This document shows positions 1 through 11,722 of a stretch of 15,386 bases of DNA, in pieces. Each line of letters opens with the position of its first letter. Position 1 is the stretch's first letter. The notes under the pieces were generated by a model, which was not told the origin of the DNA, ran no database searches, and saw nothing but the letters and a program-made list of their open reading frames with translations. Source of the DNA: Paraspadella gotoi (lineage: Eukaryota > Animalia > Chaetognatha); assembly GCA_051294375.1 (NCBI GenBank), contig JBJCIZ010000378.1:1-15386 (forward strand), read 5' to 3'. The translations under genes and the position numbers were made by a program.

Positions 1-950
1 TGGAAAAGAAGTTTGATAGTGTTTTTAACGTTTTTATTTCTTTTTAGCTTTTTTTACATAGGAATAGTCGTTTTACGGGTTTTTCAACGGTTTTATTTCT
101 TTTTTTATTGGAAAAGTCGTTTGCCAAAGTTTTTAACGTTTTTATCTCTTTTTACATTGAAAAAAGCGTTTTTCTTTGTTTTTAAAGTTTTTATCTTTTT
201 GGAAAAATCGTTTGCTAGTGTTTTTTAACGTTTTTATCTCTTTTTACATTGGAAATGTCGTCTGCCGGTGTTTTTAACGTTTTTATTCCTTTTTACATTG
301 GAAAAAGCGTTTTTCTTTGTTTTTAAAGGTTTTATCTCTTTGGAAATGTCGTCTGCCGGTGTATTTAACGTTTTTAACGTTTTTAGCTCTTTTTACATAG
401 GAAAAAAAAAGAGAAGTCGTTTTTCCGTATTTTTAACGTTTTTAGTTCTTTTTACAAAAGAAAAGTCGTTTTTTGATGTTTTTAACGTTTTTAGCTTTTT
501 TACATAGGAATAGTCGTTTGACGAGTTTTTCAACGGTTTTATTTCTTTTTTTATTGGAAAAGTCGTTTGCCAAAGTTTTTAACGTTTTTAATTCTTTTTG
601 TAGTGGGAAAGTGCTTTTTCGGTGTTTTTAACGTTTTTAGCTCTTTTTACATAGGAAAAGAAAACGGAGAAGTCATTTTTCGGTGTTTTTAACGTTTTTA
701 GCTCTTTTTACATAGGAAAAGGAAAAGGAAAAGTCGTTTTTCGGTGTTTTTAACGTTTTCATCTCTTTTTACAAAAGAAAAGTCGTTTTTTGATGTTTTT
801 AACGTTTTTAGCTTTTTTAACATAGGAATAGTCGTTTGACGAGTTTTTCAACGGTTTTATTTTTTTTTTATTTTGAAAAGTCGTTTGCCATAGTTTTTAA
901 CGTTTTTAATTTTTTTTACATTGGAAAAGTGCTTTTTAGGTTTTTTTAAC
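1..950 (+). repeat. Satellite array, ~49-bp monomer, clean block 1
   Basis: Recurrent TTTTTAACGTTTTTA(T/G)CTCTTTTTACAT(T/A)GGAAAAGTCGTTT units; AACG anchors at 86 and 135 are 49 bp apart. The array runs off the left edge of the window. Confidence 0.95.
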
Positions 951-1958
951 AAAAGAGAGAGACTTTTTTTTTACTCTCAGGAAAAAAGTCGTTTCTCCGG
1001 CTGTTTTTAACGTTCTTATATCTCATCATTCTACCAAAGAAAAAGTCGTATTTTTCTGGTATTCTTTACAACGGTTTTTTACTTTTACTGCCACTCAAAA
1101 GTTGTTCCTGCCCGGCTTTTGTAACGTTTCTTTATTCGTTTTTCTTTGCAAAATATCATTTTCCGTTGTTTTCCTTACGTTTTCGATCCTCCTTTTTTAC
1201 ATACTGGAAAACCAGCGCTTTTCTTGTTTAAAAGTTTTATCTTTTTTAACATGAAGAAGCTTTGTCTTTCTGAATGTTTCAACCCGTTTCTTTAACTTTT
1301 TTTCTTTAAATGACACCAAGACGGTTCTCTTTCGGTTGGTCTTTTAACGTTTCTAACCTCTTTTGACCAATGGGACAAAGTCGTTTTCGCCGGTGTTTTA
1401 AACGTTTTCAGCCTCTTTTTGACATAGGCAAAGAGTTCGTTGCCGGTGCATATTAACGTTTTTATCTTTTTAATCATCGGAAAAGTGTTCTGTGATGTTT
1501 TTACAAGTTTTTGTCTGATTCGTCTTCATATCTGGCAAAAGAAGTTTGCTAGACTTGCGGTTATTCTCAAAAGTTTTATTTACATTGGAAGAAAGTCCTT
1601 GTCGATGTTTTTAACCCTTTTTGGTTCATCTTCTTTATATTGACAAAAGTTGTTTGCCGAAGTTTTTAACCGTTATCTTATAAATCGTCATTTTATCAAC
1701 ATTGAAAATAAACTGTTTGCCCGGTGTCTTTCTAACGTTTTATTCCTCTTTTAAACACTAGGAAAAGCCATTTGTCGGTGTTTTTAAAATCGCATTTATC
1801 TCTTTTCTACAGTTGGAACAAATCGTTTTCGTTATTTTTAGCGTTTGTTCGACATATATCTTTTTAACAAAGGAAAAAGCTCCGTGTTTTCCATGCTGTT
1901 AAAACGGCGTTTTTTCTCTTGAGCAAGTGAAGAAAGTGCAACTTATAATTAAGCAGTC
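951..1958 (+). repeat. Indel-rich copy of the same satellite, probably long-read gap extension
   Basis: About 1240-1325 echoes 4280-4355, and about 1580-1958 follows 3663-4035 in order with scattered insertions. It ends in a noisy start of the spacer (CTCTTGAGCAAGTGAAGAAAG) at the N-gap. Confidence 0.85.
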
Positions 1959-2120
1959 NNNNNNNNNNNNNNNNNNNNNNNNNNNNNNNNNNNNNNNNNN
2001 NNNNNNNNNNNNNNNNNNNNNNNNNNNNNNNNNNNNNNNNNNNNNNNNNNNNNNNNNNNNNNNNNNNNNNNNNNNNNNNNNNNNNNNNNNNNNNNNNNNN
2101 NNNNNNNNNNNNNNNNNNNN
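1959..2120. other. Assembly gap (162 N)
   Basis: Run of N characters. Confidence 1.
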
Positions 2121-2129
2121 AGTTTTGGT

Positions 2130-2196
2130 TGTAAAAAGAGATAAAAACGTTAAAAACGCCGGCGTACGACTTTTTCTATCTAAAAAAAGATAAAAA
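2130..2196 (-). repeat. Inverted ~1.3 satellite monomers
   Basis: TGTAAAAAGAGATAAAAACGTTAAAAACGCCGGCGTACGACTTTTTCTATCTAAAAAAAGATAAAAA is the reverse complement of a monomer variant. Confidence 0.9.
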
Positions 2197-4005
2197 AGCG
2201 TTTTTCTTTGTTTTTAAAGTTTTTATCTTTTTGGAAAAGTCGTTTGCTGGTGTTTTTAACGTTTTTATCTCTTTTTATATAGGAAATGTTGTCTGCCGGT
2301 GTATTTAACGTTTTTATCCCTTTTTACATTGGAAAAAGCGTTTATCGGATTTTTTTATCCCTTTTTACATTGAAAAAATTGTTTGCCGGTTTTTTTTAGG
2401 TTTTTATCTCTTTCTATATTGGAAAAAAAATTTGCTAGTGTTTTTAACGTTTTTAACTCTTTTTACATAGGAAATGTCGTCTGCCGGTGTATTTAACGTT
2501 TTTATCTCTTTTTACTTTAGAAAAGTCGTTTATCGATGTTTTTAACCTTTTTATCTCTTTTTATATTGAAAAAGTTGTTTGCCGAAGTTTTTAACATTTT
2601 TATTTCTCTTTACATTGAAAATATCGTTTGCCGGTGTGTTCTACGTTTTTATTTCTTTTTACATTGGAAAAAGCATTTTTCTTTGTTTTTAAAGTTTTTA
2701 TCTTTTTGGAAAAGTCGTTTGCAGATGTTTTTAACGTTTTTATCTCTTTTTACATAGGATTTGTCGTCTGCGGGTGTATTTAACGTTTTTAGCTCTTTTT
2801 ACATAGGAAAAGAAAACGGAAAAGTCGTTTTTCGGTAATTTTAACGATTTTAGCTCTTTTTAAATAGGAAAAGGAAAAGGAAAAGTCGTTTTTCGGTGTT
2901 TTTAACGTTTTCATCTCTTTTTACAAAAGAAACGTCGTTTTTTGATGTTTTTAACGTTTTTAGCTTTTTTTACATAGGAACAGTCGTTTGACGAGTTTTT
3001 CAACGGTTGTATTTCTTTTTTTATTGGAAAAGTCGTTTACCAAAGTTTTTATCTTTTTGGAAAAGTCGTTTGCTGGTGTTTTTAACGTTTTTATCTCTTT
3101 TTACATAGGAAACGTCGTCTGCCGGTGTATTTAACCTTTTTATCTCTTTTTACATTGAAAAGTCGTTTATCGGTGTTTTTTATCTCTTTTTACATTGGAA
3201 AAATCGTTTACCGGTTTTTTTAACGTTTTTATCTTTTTTTACATAAAAACAGTTTACCAAAGTTTTTAACGTTTTTAATTTCTTTTACATTGGAAAAGTG
3301 CTTTTTCGGTGTTTTTAACGTTTTTATCTCTTTTTACATTAGAAAAAGCGTTTTTTTTTTGTTTTTAAAGTTTTTATCTTTTTGGAAAAGTCGTTTGCTG
3401 GTGTTTTTAACGTTTTTATCTCTTTTTACATAGGAAATGTCATCTGCCGGTGTATTTAACGTTTGTATTTCTTTTTACATTGGAAAAAGCGTTTATGGGT
3501 GTTTTTTATCTCTTTTTACATTGAAAAAATCGTTTGCCGGTTTTTTTAAAGTTTTTATCTATTTTTATATTGGAAAAGAAGTTTGCTAGTGTTTGTAACG
3601 TTTTTATCTCTTTTTACATAGGAAATATCGTCTGACGGTGTTTTTAACGTTTTTATCTCTTTTTACATTGGAAAAGTCGTTTGTCGATGTTTTTAACCTT
3701 TTTGTCTCTTTTTATATTGAAAAAGTTGTTTGCCGAAGTTTTTAACGTTTTTCTTTGTTTTTACATTGAAAATAACTTTTGCCGGTGTTTTCTACGTTTT
3801 TATCTCCTTTTACGTTGGAAAAATCGGTTTTCTTTGTTTCTAAAGTTTTTATCTCTTTTTATATTGGAAAAGTCGTTTGTCGGTTTTTTTAACGCATTTA
3901 TTTCTTTTAACATTGGAAAAGATCGTTTTCTGTTTATTTTAACGTTTTCATATATTTTTACAAAGGAAAAGTCGTTTTCTGGTGTTTTTAACGTTTTTAT
4001 CTCTT

Positions 4006-4154
4006 GAGAGTGAGAGAAAGCTACATATAATTAAAAGATAAAAGAGAGAGAAAGAGACATAAAAATAAAAGAGAGGAAATTTGTTTGTTTTGATAAAACA
4101 TAAAATAACATATTTAATAACTGTCCTCACGCAATTTTAACAACCTCGATGATC
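4006..4154 (+). repeat. ~150-bp A-rich spacer, copy 1
   Basis: GAGAGTGAGAGAAAGCTAC...AACTGTCCTCAC...AACAACCTCGATGATC, not a monomer sequence; repeated at 5090 and 7237. Confidence 0.92.
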
Positions 4155-5089
4155 TTGTTTGCAGAAGTTTTTAACGTTTTTTTTTTTTTCTTTGAAAATA
4201 TCGTTTTCCGGTGTTTTCTACGTTTTATCTCTTTTTACATTGGAAAAAGCGTTTTTCTTTGTTTTTAAAGTTTTTATCTCCTTTAACATTGAAGAAGTTT
4301 TTTTCTGGTGTTTTCAACCTTTTTATCCTTTTTTACAATGGAAAAGACGTTTTTCGATGTTTTTAACGTTTTTATTTCTTTTGACATAGGAAAAGAAAAC
4401 GGGGAAGTCGTTTTTGGTAATTTTAACGTTTTTAGCTCTTTTTACATAGGAAAAGGAAAAGTCGTTTTTCGGTGTTTTTAACGTTTTCAACTCTTTTTAC
4501 AAAAGAAAAGTCGTTTTTTGATGTTTTTAACGTTTTTATATCTTTTTACGTTAGAAAAAGCGTTTTTCTTTGTTTTTAAAGTTTGACGAGTTTTTCAACA
4601 GTTTTATTTATTTTTTTATTGGAAAAGTCGTTTGCCACAGTTTTTAATGTTTTTAATTCCTTTTACATTGGAAAAGAGCTTTTTCGGTGTTTATAACGTT
4701 TTTATATCTTTTTACATTAGAAAAAGCGTTTTTCTTTGTTTTTAAAGTTTATATCTTTTTGGAAAAGTCGTTTGCTGGTGTTTTTAACCTTTTTATTTCT
4801 TTTTACATAGGAAATGTCGTCTGCCGGTGTATTTAACCTTTTTATCTCTTTTTACATTGGAAAAAGCGTTTATCGGTGTTTTTTATCTCCTTTTACATTG
4901 AAAAAAGCGTTTTTCTTTGTTTCAAAAAGTTTTTTTCTTTTTTTATATTGGAAAAGTCGTTTGTCCGTGTTTTTAACTCATTTATTTCATTTTACTTTGG
5001 AAAAAAAGGTTTTCTGTTATTTTTAACGTTTTCATATCTTTTTACAAAGGAAAAGTCGTTTTCTGTTATTTTTAACGTTTTTATCTTTT

Positions 5090-5239
5090 GAGAGTGAGAG
5101 AAAGCTACGTATAATTAAAAGAAATGAGAGAGAAAAGGAGACATAAAAATAAAAGAGAGGAAATTTGTTTGATTCGATAAAACGTAAAAATAACATGTTT
5201 AATAACTGTCCTCACCCAATTTAAACAACCTCGATGATC
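5090..5239 (+). repeat. ~150-bp A-rich spacer, copy 2
   Basis: Same ends and same position within the monomer as copy 1, with scattered substitutions. Confidence 0.92.
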
Positions 5240-6660
5240 TTGTTTGCAGACGTTTTTAACGTTTTTATTTCTTTTTTCTTTGAAAATATCGTTTTCCGGT
5301 GTTTTCTACGTTTTATATCTTTTTACATTGGAAAAAGCGTTTTTCTTTGTTTTTAAAGTTTTCATCTCCTTTTACAATTAAGAAGTTGTTTTCTGGGGTT
5401 TTCAACGTTTTTATCCTTTTTTACAATAGAGAAGACTTTTTCGGTGTTTTTAACGTTTTTGTCTCTTTTGACATAGGAAAAAAAAAGAGAAGTCGTTTTT
5501 CGGTATTTTTTAACGTTTTTAGCTTTTTTTACAAAAGAAAAATCGTTTTTTTTATGTTTTTTAACGTTTTTAGCTTTTTTTACATAGGAATAGTCGTTTG
5601 ACGAGTTTTTCAACGGTTTTATTTTTTTTTAATTGGAAAAGTCGTTTGCCAAAGTTTTTTTACGTTTTTAATTCTTTTTACATTGAAAAAGTGCTTCTTC
5701 GGTGTTTTTAACGTTTATATATCTTTTTACATTGGAAAAAGCGTTTTTCTTTGTTTTAAAGTTTTTATCTTTTTGGAAAAGTCGTTTGCTTGTGTTTTTA
5801 ACGTTTTTATCTCTTTTTACATAGGAAATGTCGTCTGCCGGTGTATTTAACGTTTTTATCTCATTTTACTTTGGAAAAGTCGTTTGTCGATGTTTTTAAC
5901 CTTTTTATCTCTTTTTATATTGAAAAAGTGGTTTGCCGACGTTTTTAACATTTTTATTTCTTTTTACATTGAAAATATCGTTTGCTGGTGTTTTCTACGT
6001 TTTTATCTCTTTTTACATTGGAAAAAGCATTTTTCTTTGTTTTTAAAGTTTTTATCTCTTTGGAAAAGTCGTTTGCAGGTGTTTTTAACGTTTTTAGCTC
6101 TTTTTACATTAGAAAAGAAAACGGATTAGTCGTTTTTCGGTAATTTTAACGTTTTTAGCTCTTTTTACATAGGAAAAGAAAAAGGAAAAGTCGTTTTTCG
6201 GTGTTTTTAACGTTTTTAGCTTTTTTTACACAGGAATAGTCGTTTGACGAGTTTTTCAACGGTTTTATTTCTTTTTTTATTGGAAAAGTCGTTTGCCAAA
6301 GTTTTTAACGTTTTTAATTCCTTTTACATTGGAAAAGTGCTTTTTCGGTGTTTTTAACGTTTTTATCTCTTTTTACACTAGAAAAAGCGTTTTTATCTTT
6401 TTGGAAAAGTCGTTTGCTGGTGTTTTTAACGTTTTTATCTCTTTTTACATAGGAAATGTCGTCTGCCGGTGTATTTAACCTTTTTATCTCTTTTTACATT
6501 GGAAAAGTCGTTTATCGGTGTTTTCTATCTCTTTTTACATTGGAAAAATCGTTTGCCGGTTTTTTTAACGTTTTTATCTTTTTTTACATAGGAAATGTCG
6601 TCTGCCGGAGTATTTAAAGTTTTTATCTCTTTTTACATTGGAAAAGTCGTTTTTCGATGT

Positions 6661-8570
6661 TTGAAGCACGAGGTTTGTTCCAAACAGTTTTAAATGTGTT
6701 TTTTTAATGAGTAGGGAGAAGTCGTTTGGACCAACAGTTTTTGTAAATGTTTTTAATTACCTTTTACAATGGGAAAAGAGCACTTTTTCGGTGTTTGATA
6801 ACGTTTTAATATCTTATGTACATTTTAGAAGAAAAGGCAGTTTTTCTTTGTTTTTAAAGTTTATAATCTTTTTGGAAAAGTTGCTTTGCTCTGGTTTGTT
6901 TTTAACCTTTTAATTTGTTTTTACATAAGGAAATGGTGTCTGACCGGTGTATTTAACACTTTTTTTATCTCTTTTTACATTGTGAAATAAGCGTTTATCG
7001 GTGTTTTTATAATCTCTCTTTTTACATTGGAAAAAAGCGTTTTTCTTTGTTTTCAAAAGTTTTGTTTTTTTTTAATATTGAAAAGTCGTTTGTATCGGTG
7101 CGTGTTTTTGGAACTCGATTTTATTATTTCATTTTTAACTTTGGAAAAAGAAGTCTTTTCTGTTATTTTTTAACAGTTTTCATATCTTTTTACAAAGAAA
7201 AGTCGTTTTTCTGTTATTTTAACGTTTTTATCTTTTGAGAGTGAGAGAAGCTACGTCATAATTAAAGAAATGAGAGAGAAAAGGAGACATATAAAATAAA
7301 AGAGAGGAAATTGTGTTTGTTTCGATAAAAACGTAAAATAACATGTTTTATACTGTCCTCACCCTAATTTAACAACCTCGATGATCTTGTTTTGGCAGAC
7401 GTTTTTACGTTTTTATTTTCTTTTTTCTTTGAAAATTATCGTTTTCCTCGGTGTTTTTACGTTTTATATTCTTTTTAACATTGGAAAAAGCGTTTTTCTT
7501 TGTTTTTTAAGTTTTCAATGCTCCTTTTTACAATTAGAGTAAGTTTGTTTTTCTTTGGGTTTTCAACGTTTTTTATCCCTTTTTCTTACCAATAAGAGTA
7601 AGACTTTTTCCGGCTGTTTTAACGTTTTTGTCTGCTTTTGGACATAGGCCAGAAAAAAAAGAGAGAAGTCGTTTCTCGCGTTATGTTTCTAAACGTTTAG
7701 CTCTTTTTTACAAAAGAAAAAGTTCGTTTTCTTTTTAATGTTTTTTAATGTTTTTAGCTTTTTTGACTTTACATAAGGAATAGTCGTTTGACGAGTTTTT
7801 CAAACGGTTTTATTTTTCTTTTAATATGGCAAAGTCGCTCTTGGCCAAGTTTTTTAAGTTTTTTAATTCTGTCTTTACCATTGACAAAAGTGCTTCTTTC
7901 GGTGTTTTTACGTTTTGTATATTTATTTTTTAGCATGGAACAAGCGTTTTTTTCTTTTGTTTTAAATGTTTTTATATCTTTTTTGGAAAAGTCCCGCTAT
8001 TTGCTTTGCTTGTTTTTAACGTTTTTATCTCTTTTATTAGCATTAGGAAAATGTCGTCGATGCCGGTTGTATTTAAACGTTTTCTATCTTTTTACTTTGG
8101 AAAGTCGTTTGTCGTATTTAAGCCTTTTTATCTTCTTTTTATTTGAAAAAGTGGTTTGCACGAGACGTTTTTTTAACGATTTTTGATTGTCTCTTTTACA
8201 TTTGGAAAATATCGTTTTTGCTTGGTGTTTTCTACGTTTTTATCTCTTTTTACATTGGAAAAAGCATTTTTCTTTGTTTTTAAAGTTTTTATCTCTTTGG
8301 AAAAGTCGTTGCGCGTGCTTTGTATAACGTTTTTAGCTCTTTTTACATTAGAAAAGTAGAAACGGATTAGCGTATTTTCGGTAATATTTTATACGTTCTT
8401 TAGCTCTTTTTACATAGGCAAAAAGAAAAATGGCGAAAAGTCGTCTTTTCCGGTGTTTTTAAACGTTTTTTTAGCTTTTTTTACCTCGGAAATTACTCAG
8501 TTGTGACGAGTTTTTCAACGCCGTTTTATTTCTTTTTTTTAATTGTAAATAGTAGTTTTAGCCAAAGTTG
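6661..8570 (+). repeat. Noisy duplicate of ~4581-6310
   Basis: Shares private variants in the same order: CAACAGTTTT, GGAAAAGAGC, GTGCTTCTT, AAGTGGTTTGC, AACGGATTAG. The offset grows from ~2078 to ~2259, so the differences are mostly insertions. Confidence 0.88.
7237..7386 (+). repeat. ~150-bp spacer, copy 3 (copy-2 type, noisy)
   Basis: Carries copy-2 diagnostic variants (CTACGT, GAAATGAGAGAGAAAAGGAGAC, ACATGTTT, CTCACCC). Confidence 0.9.
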
Positions 8571-11340
8571 ATCTTAAGCGGCGGATATATTTAATTTCAG
8601 TGTTTACAAGTTAGGGGAGAGTTAAAAGTTGCTTTTTTTTTCGGTCTGTTTCCTTTAATACTCCGTTCTTTTTTAATGGGGCAGGGAGGAGATACAGGCA
8701 GTTTTTACGGACATAAGGAACGTGAAGGAAATAAATGTCGTAAAGCCGGGTTCCTTCTTAGTAAATGTGAACCAAGTGCAGGATAATTGAGAGCGACATG
8801 TCCTAAAAGGTAAGACGGAGAATTGAAAAAGTGCGTGAATTTAATCGTTATAAGTTTGTGAGCAAGAAAAAGTATGCGGTAATGGAAGGGAAATAAAGAG
8901 TAATGCCTGAGGTTAAGTATATTATTGAATAAGATTTAAACAGTGATATAGTTGGTGTAAGTTGAATTAATAGATGCAGGTTAGTCAGAGGAAGCGACGC
9001 AGCGGAGAAACGATGATCATAGAGATATACACATTTGATGTTAGCATTAGACACTGGCGAGAAATGTCGTCGACATCTGGTTCCGGTGTATATTTTAAGT
9101 AAGTTACTATGTTATATCCAGTAGCAGTAAGAAAGAGGACAATCATACTGGATGAGACGAATTTTATTACAATCTCACATCACTTCTCTAAGTTCTAACC
9201 CACTTGGAAAACCGGCTGAGTGGAAGTGTCTCGTTTTTATATAGAGCCAAACCCGACGATCAGATATTCTGCTTGTGGACTTATAGTAGGAGAGAAAGAG
9301 GAATAAATGTTAAAAACACCCGGACAGCATTTTGTTGGTTCCTTCCTAATAGTTACACAGGTACATTGGTGTATAGAAATAATCTCTTTCATAACACCCT
9401 GTATCTTAAGTCTTTTCTGCTCTATACAGTTTGGCAAGCGACGTTGATCTTATCAGAGAGATTTAAGAAAGAATGTTCTAATGACCCCAGTGGTCTAGAA
9501 GCAAACTCGTTCAAATTGCCTGCCTCGATTCGTACCCTGGCCTTGTGAGCTTACAGCGATGTAGTTAAATAATTTTATTAAACAAAACCGAGCCCTGAAA
9601 AAGGAACTCTCATTTGTGTTAAATATTTGAAATAAAGATATTCCTATGTGATTTTAAAACTCATAGGCAATTTTGTAAGTCGCCCCTCTGCGGAAGAGAG
9701 TATTTAGAAAGGTCATTTTTTACTTTATTCTCTCTTCCTACCTGGTTATATAGGTAGCTGAAATATACAATCTGTTGATAGAATGTAGGTCGCCATAACT
9801 TGTTTATTCTGATTTGATATGTATTTAAAAAACCCGCACTAACTTTATGTATCTTTTTTTCCATAGATTTTCCCTATTGAAGTAAGAACGTTAAGTTTAG
9901 ATTAATGTGGACGCCGAGAAAGCTATTGGTCTAATAGCTAGGGACGTATTGTTGATTTACATTTCTTATCTTACCACCATTCGAATGCCAAACTAAATGC
10001 AGTTTTTGCGGCCGCGGTGTTATTCTTTCCTTTCCTATGAGGGAAGTGGGTTTATCCGATCACTATATATAAAAACCACTTGAGAAAACTAGTTAAGAAG
10101 AACCGTAATTGTGTGTTGTAAGTTAATCTATTGTTCGAATTGTCTTTATTTTTATTTTCTTTTCATATTCGCGAAAAGTTTGTTTGGTGGTCGATTTTAA
10201 ATAAGATAAATTAAAGACCCGATTTTTATTCTCTTCCATGTTTAAGTAAATAGGGGTTGAAAGATAAAGTCGTACATCAATTCTCGAAGCAACTGGTATA
10301 CTCGGTTGTATCCTTAAAAGTTTTCTCTTATGGTGTTCGTACTAATATTTCGGAACATTAGTGAAAAAATTAAAATCGTGGTTATCACTGTTATTATTAT
10401 AACCGTCGGGTTTTCCAAGTCACTAACTACTCTCTTTAATAACAGGTAATATAGTCAATCGATTTATATACACGATGGATATAATAAGTTTTAACATTTA
10501 ATATTTATACTTTGACTTAGAGAAGTGAGAGAAAGTCCTCCTAATAGTAAATATTAGAGAGAAAAGAGTGAGGAGAAAGGAGATTCAAAAAACGGATTAT
10601 AAATATTAAAGAGACCACGAAATTTTGTTTAGTCTTTGGTAAGCGAACAGACCCTCGCGAATTGACTCGTGAAATTGTCCTGGAGTGTAATTAATAGGCG
10701 TGATTGAAAAAACCATCGACATTTCAGGGATCGAGTTCTCAAACTTTCTGGGTAGTTTGCCAAAAGATAACGACTACTCACACGGATCTTTTATAAATCT
10801 CAAAGAGAAATAGTTCATTCGCTTCACTTTCCCACACCTGCCCTCATAATCACTCACTCATTTAAAGTTGATTTTACCCATGATTCAACGCTGTTAAAAA
10901 ATTGAAATTCTCGTCGCTTCTTTAAAAAGCATTCGCTTTAATCACTTCTCCCAAATTTTGTAAAATTCGAACAGTCTTAAAATATTAAATCCACTAGTAA
11001 AACGGAATTTGCTCATAACGTTGGCCCTCGCGTTCGCTATAATTACTCTCAACAAAAATCTTCAAAATTAAGCGTTCGTGTAATAAATACACTGTCCTAT
11101 ATTTATACAATACCGCGATACACAAACGCATTTATCGGTGTTTATTCATCTCATTTTACATTGTCAAGCCGCTTCTTCTTTGTCCCTCTCAACAAACGCT
11201 TTCTTTTATACTTTTTACACCTAGTTACTTTTTTATAGTTACGTATCTACGTTTCTGTTTTTTCTTGAGCTCGCAGTTTCTTCATCGACCATCTTAAGTA
11301 TGTATCATTTATACATTTGGAATAGGAGATTAATGTCACC
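8571..11340 (+). other. Highly degraded satellite ghost, likely near-raw long-read sequence
   Basis: Residual motifs: GAAATGTCGTC..CCGGTGTAT at 9061-9091, a stretched spacer at ~10518-10760, and GCATTTATCGGTGTTTATTCATCTCATTTTACATTG at ~11128-11163, which matches 4867-4900. Confidence 0.65.
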
Positions 11341-11350
11341 GCAATACTCG

Positions 11351-11387
11351 CCGCACACGCACACACGCACACTCTCCGCACGCGCAC
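11351..11387 (+). repeat. Imperfect (CA/CG)n low-complexity tract
   Basis: CCGCACACGCACACACGCACACTCTCCGCACGCGCAC; it lies in the low-quality zone. Confidence 0.5.
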
Positions 11388-11722
11388 TGTTTTTTACGTA
11401 CTATTTTTGGATGAAATGTTTTGCACCAGTAGCGCTTTAAATACTTGCAAAATACGAATGGTTTTCGATAGTGCAAGCTTTTTGTATCTAAATTGCCGAA
11501 CAACATAAATCCATAAATAGTTTAAATAGTATTCAAAGCCATAAAACGATTATCCCACGTTCCTTTAAATTCTCTTTTTTCGTATTTTACTGTAAATCTA
11601 AGAATAATTTTTAAAATTTATTACAAGTTCCTACTCTAAGACAATCGTTGAACTCTTTTCTAATGCAAAAAAGACTATAAATAAGTGGTACCTGTGTATC
11701 GCCATATTCGAGCACTTTCAAC

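Larger units (their letters stand above)
2192..6660 (+). repeat. Satellite array, clean block 2, with 42/49/~60-bp monomer variants and two spacers
   Basis: Period of 49 (AACG at 3646, AACC at 3695). The short variant AAAGTTTTTATCTTTTTGGAAAAGTCG lacks 7 bp. The long variant carries an extra ~11 bp (GAAAACGGAAAA or GGAAAAGGAAAA). Confidence 0.95.

Noticed and set aside
951-963. AAAAGAGAGAGAC, resembling the end of the PacBio SMRTbell adapter, at the clean/noisy junction
   Set aside because: The match is only ~12 bp, there is no strand inversion after it, and the spacer contains a similar AAAAGAGAGAGA.
1-6660. CRISPR-like regular repeats
   Set aside because: There are no unique spacers; the whole unit repeats, no cas genes are present, and the context is eukaryote-like.
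13-8186. Many Phe/Leu-rich (+) and Lys/Asn-rich (-) ORFs resembling membrane peptides
   Set aside because: They are translations of the T-rich satellite (recurrent FLTFLSLFTLEK); one spans an N-gap.
8848-9864. Four short ORFs in apparently unique DNA
   Set aside because: They lie in the degraded satellite-ghost zone and have no recognisable motifs.
10008-10015. NotI site as a possible vector or linker
   Set aside because: No vector context; it is explicable as a noisy TTTGCCGGTGT monomer segment.
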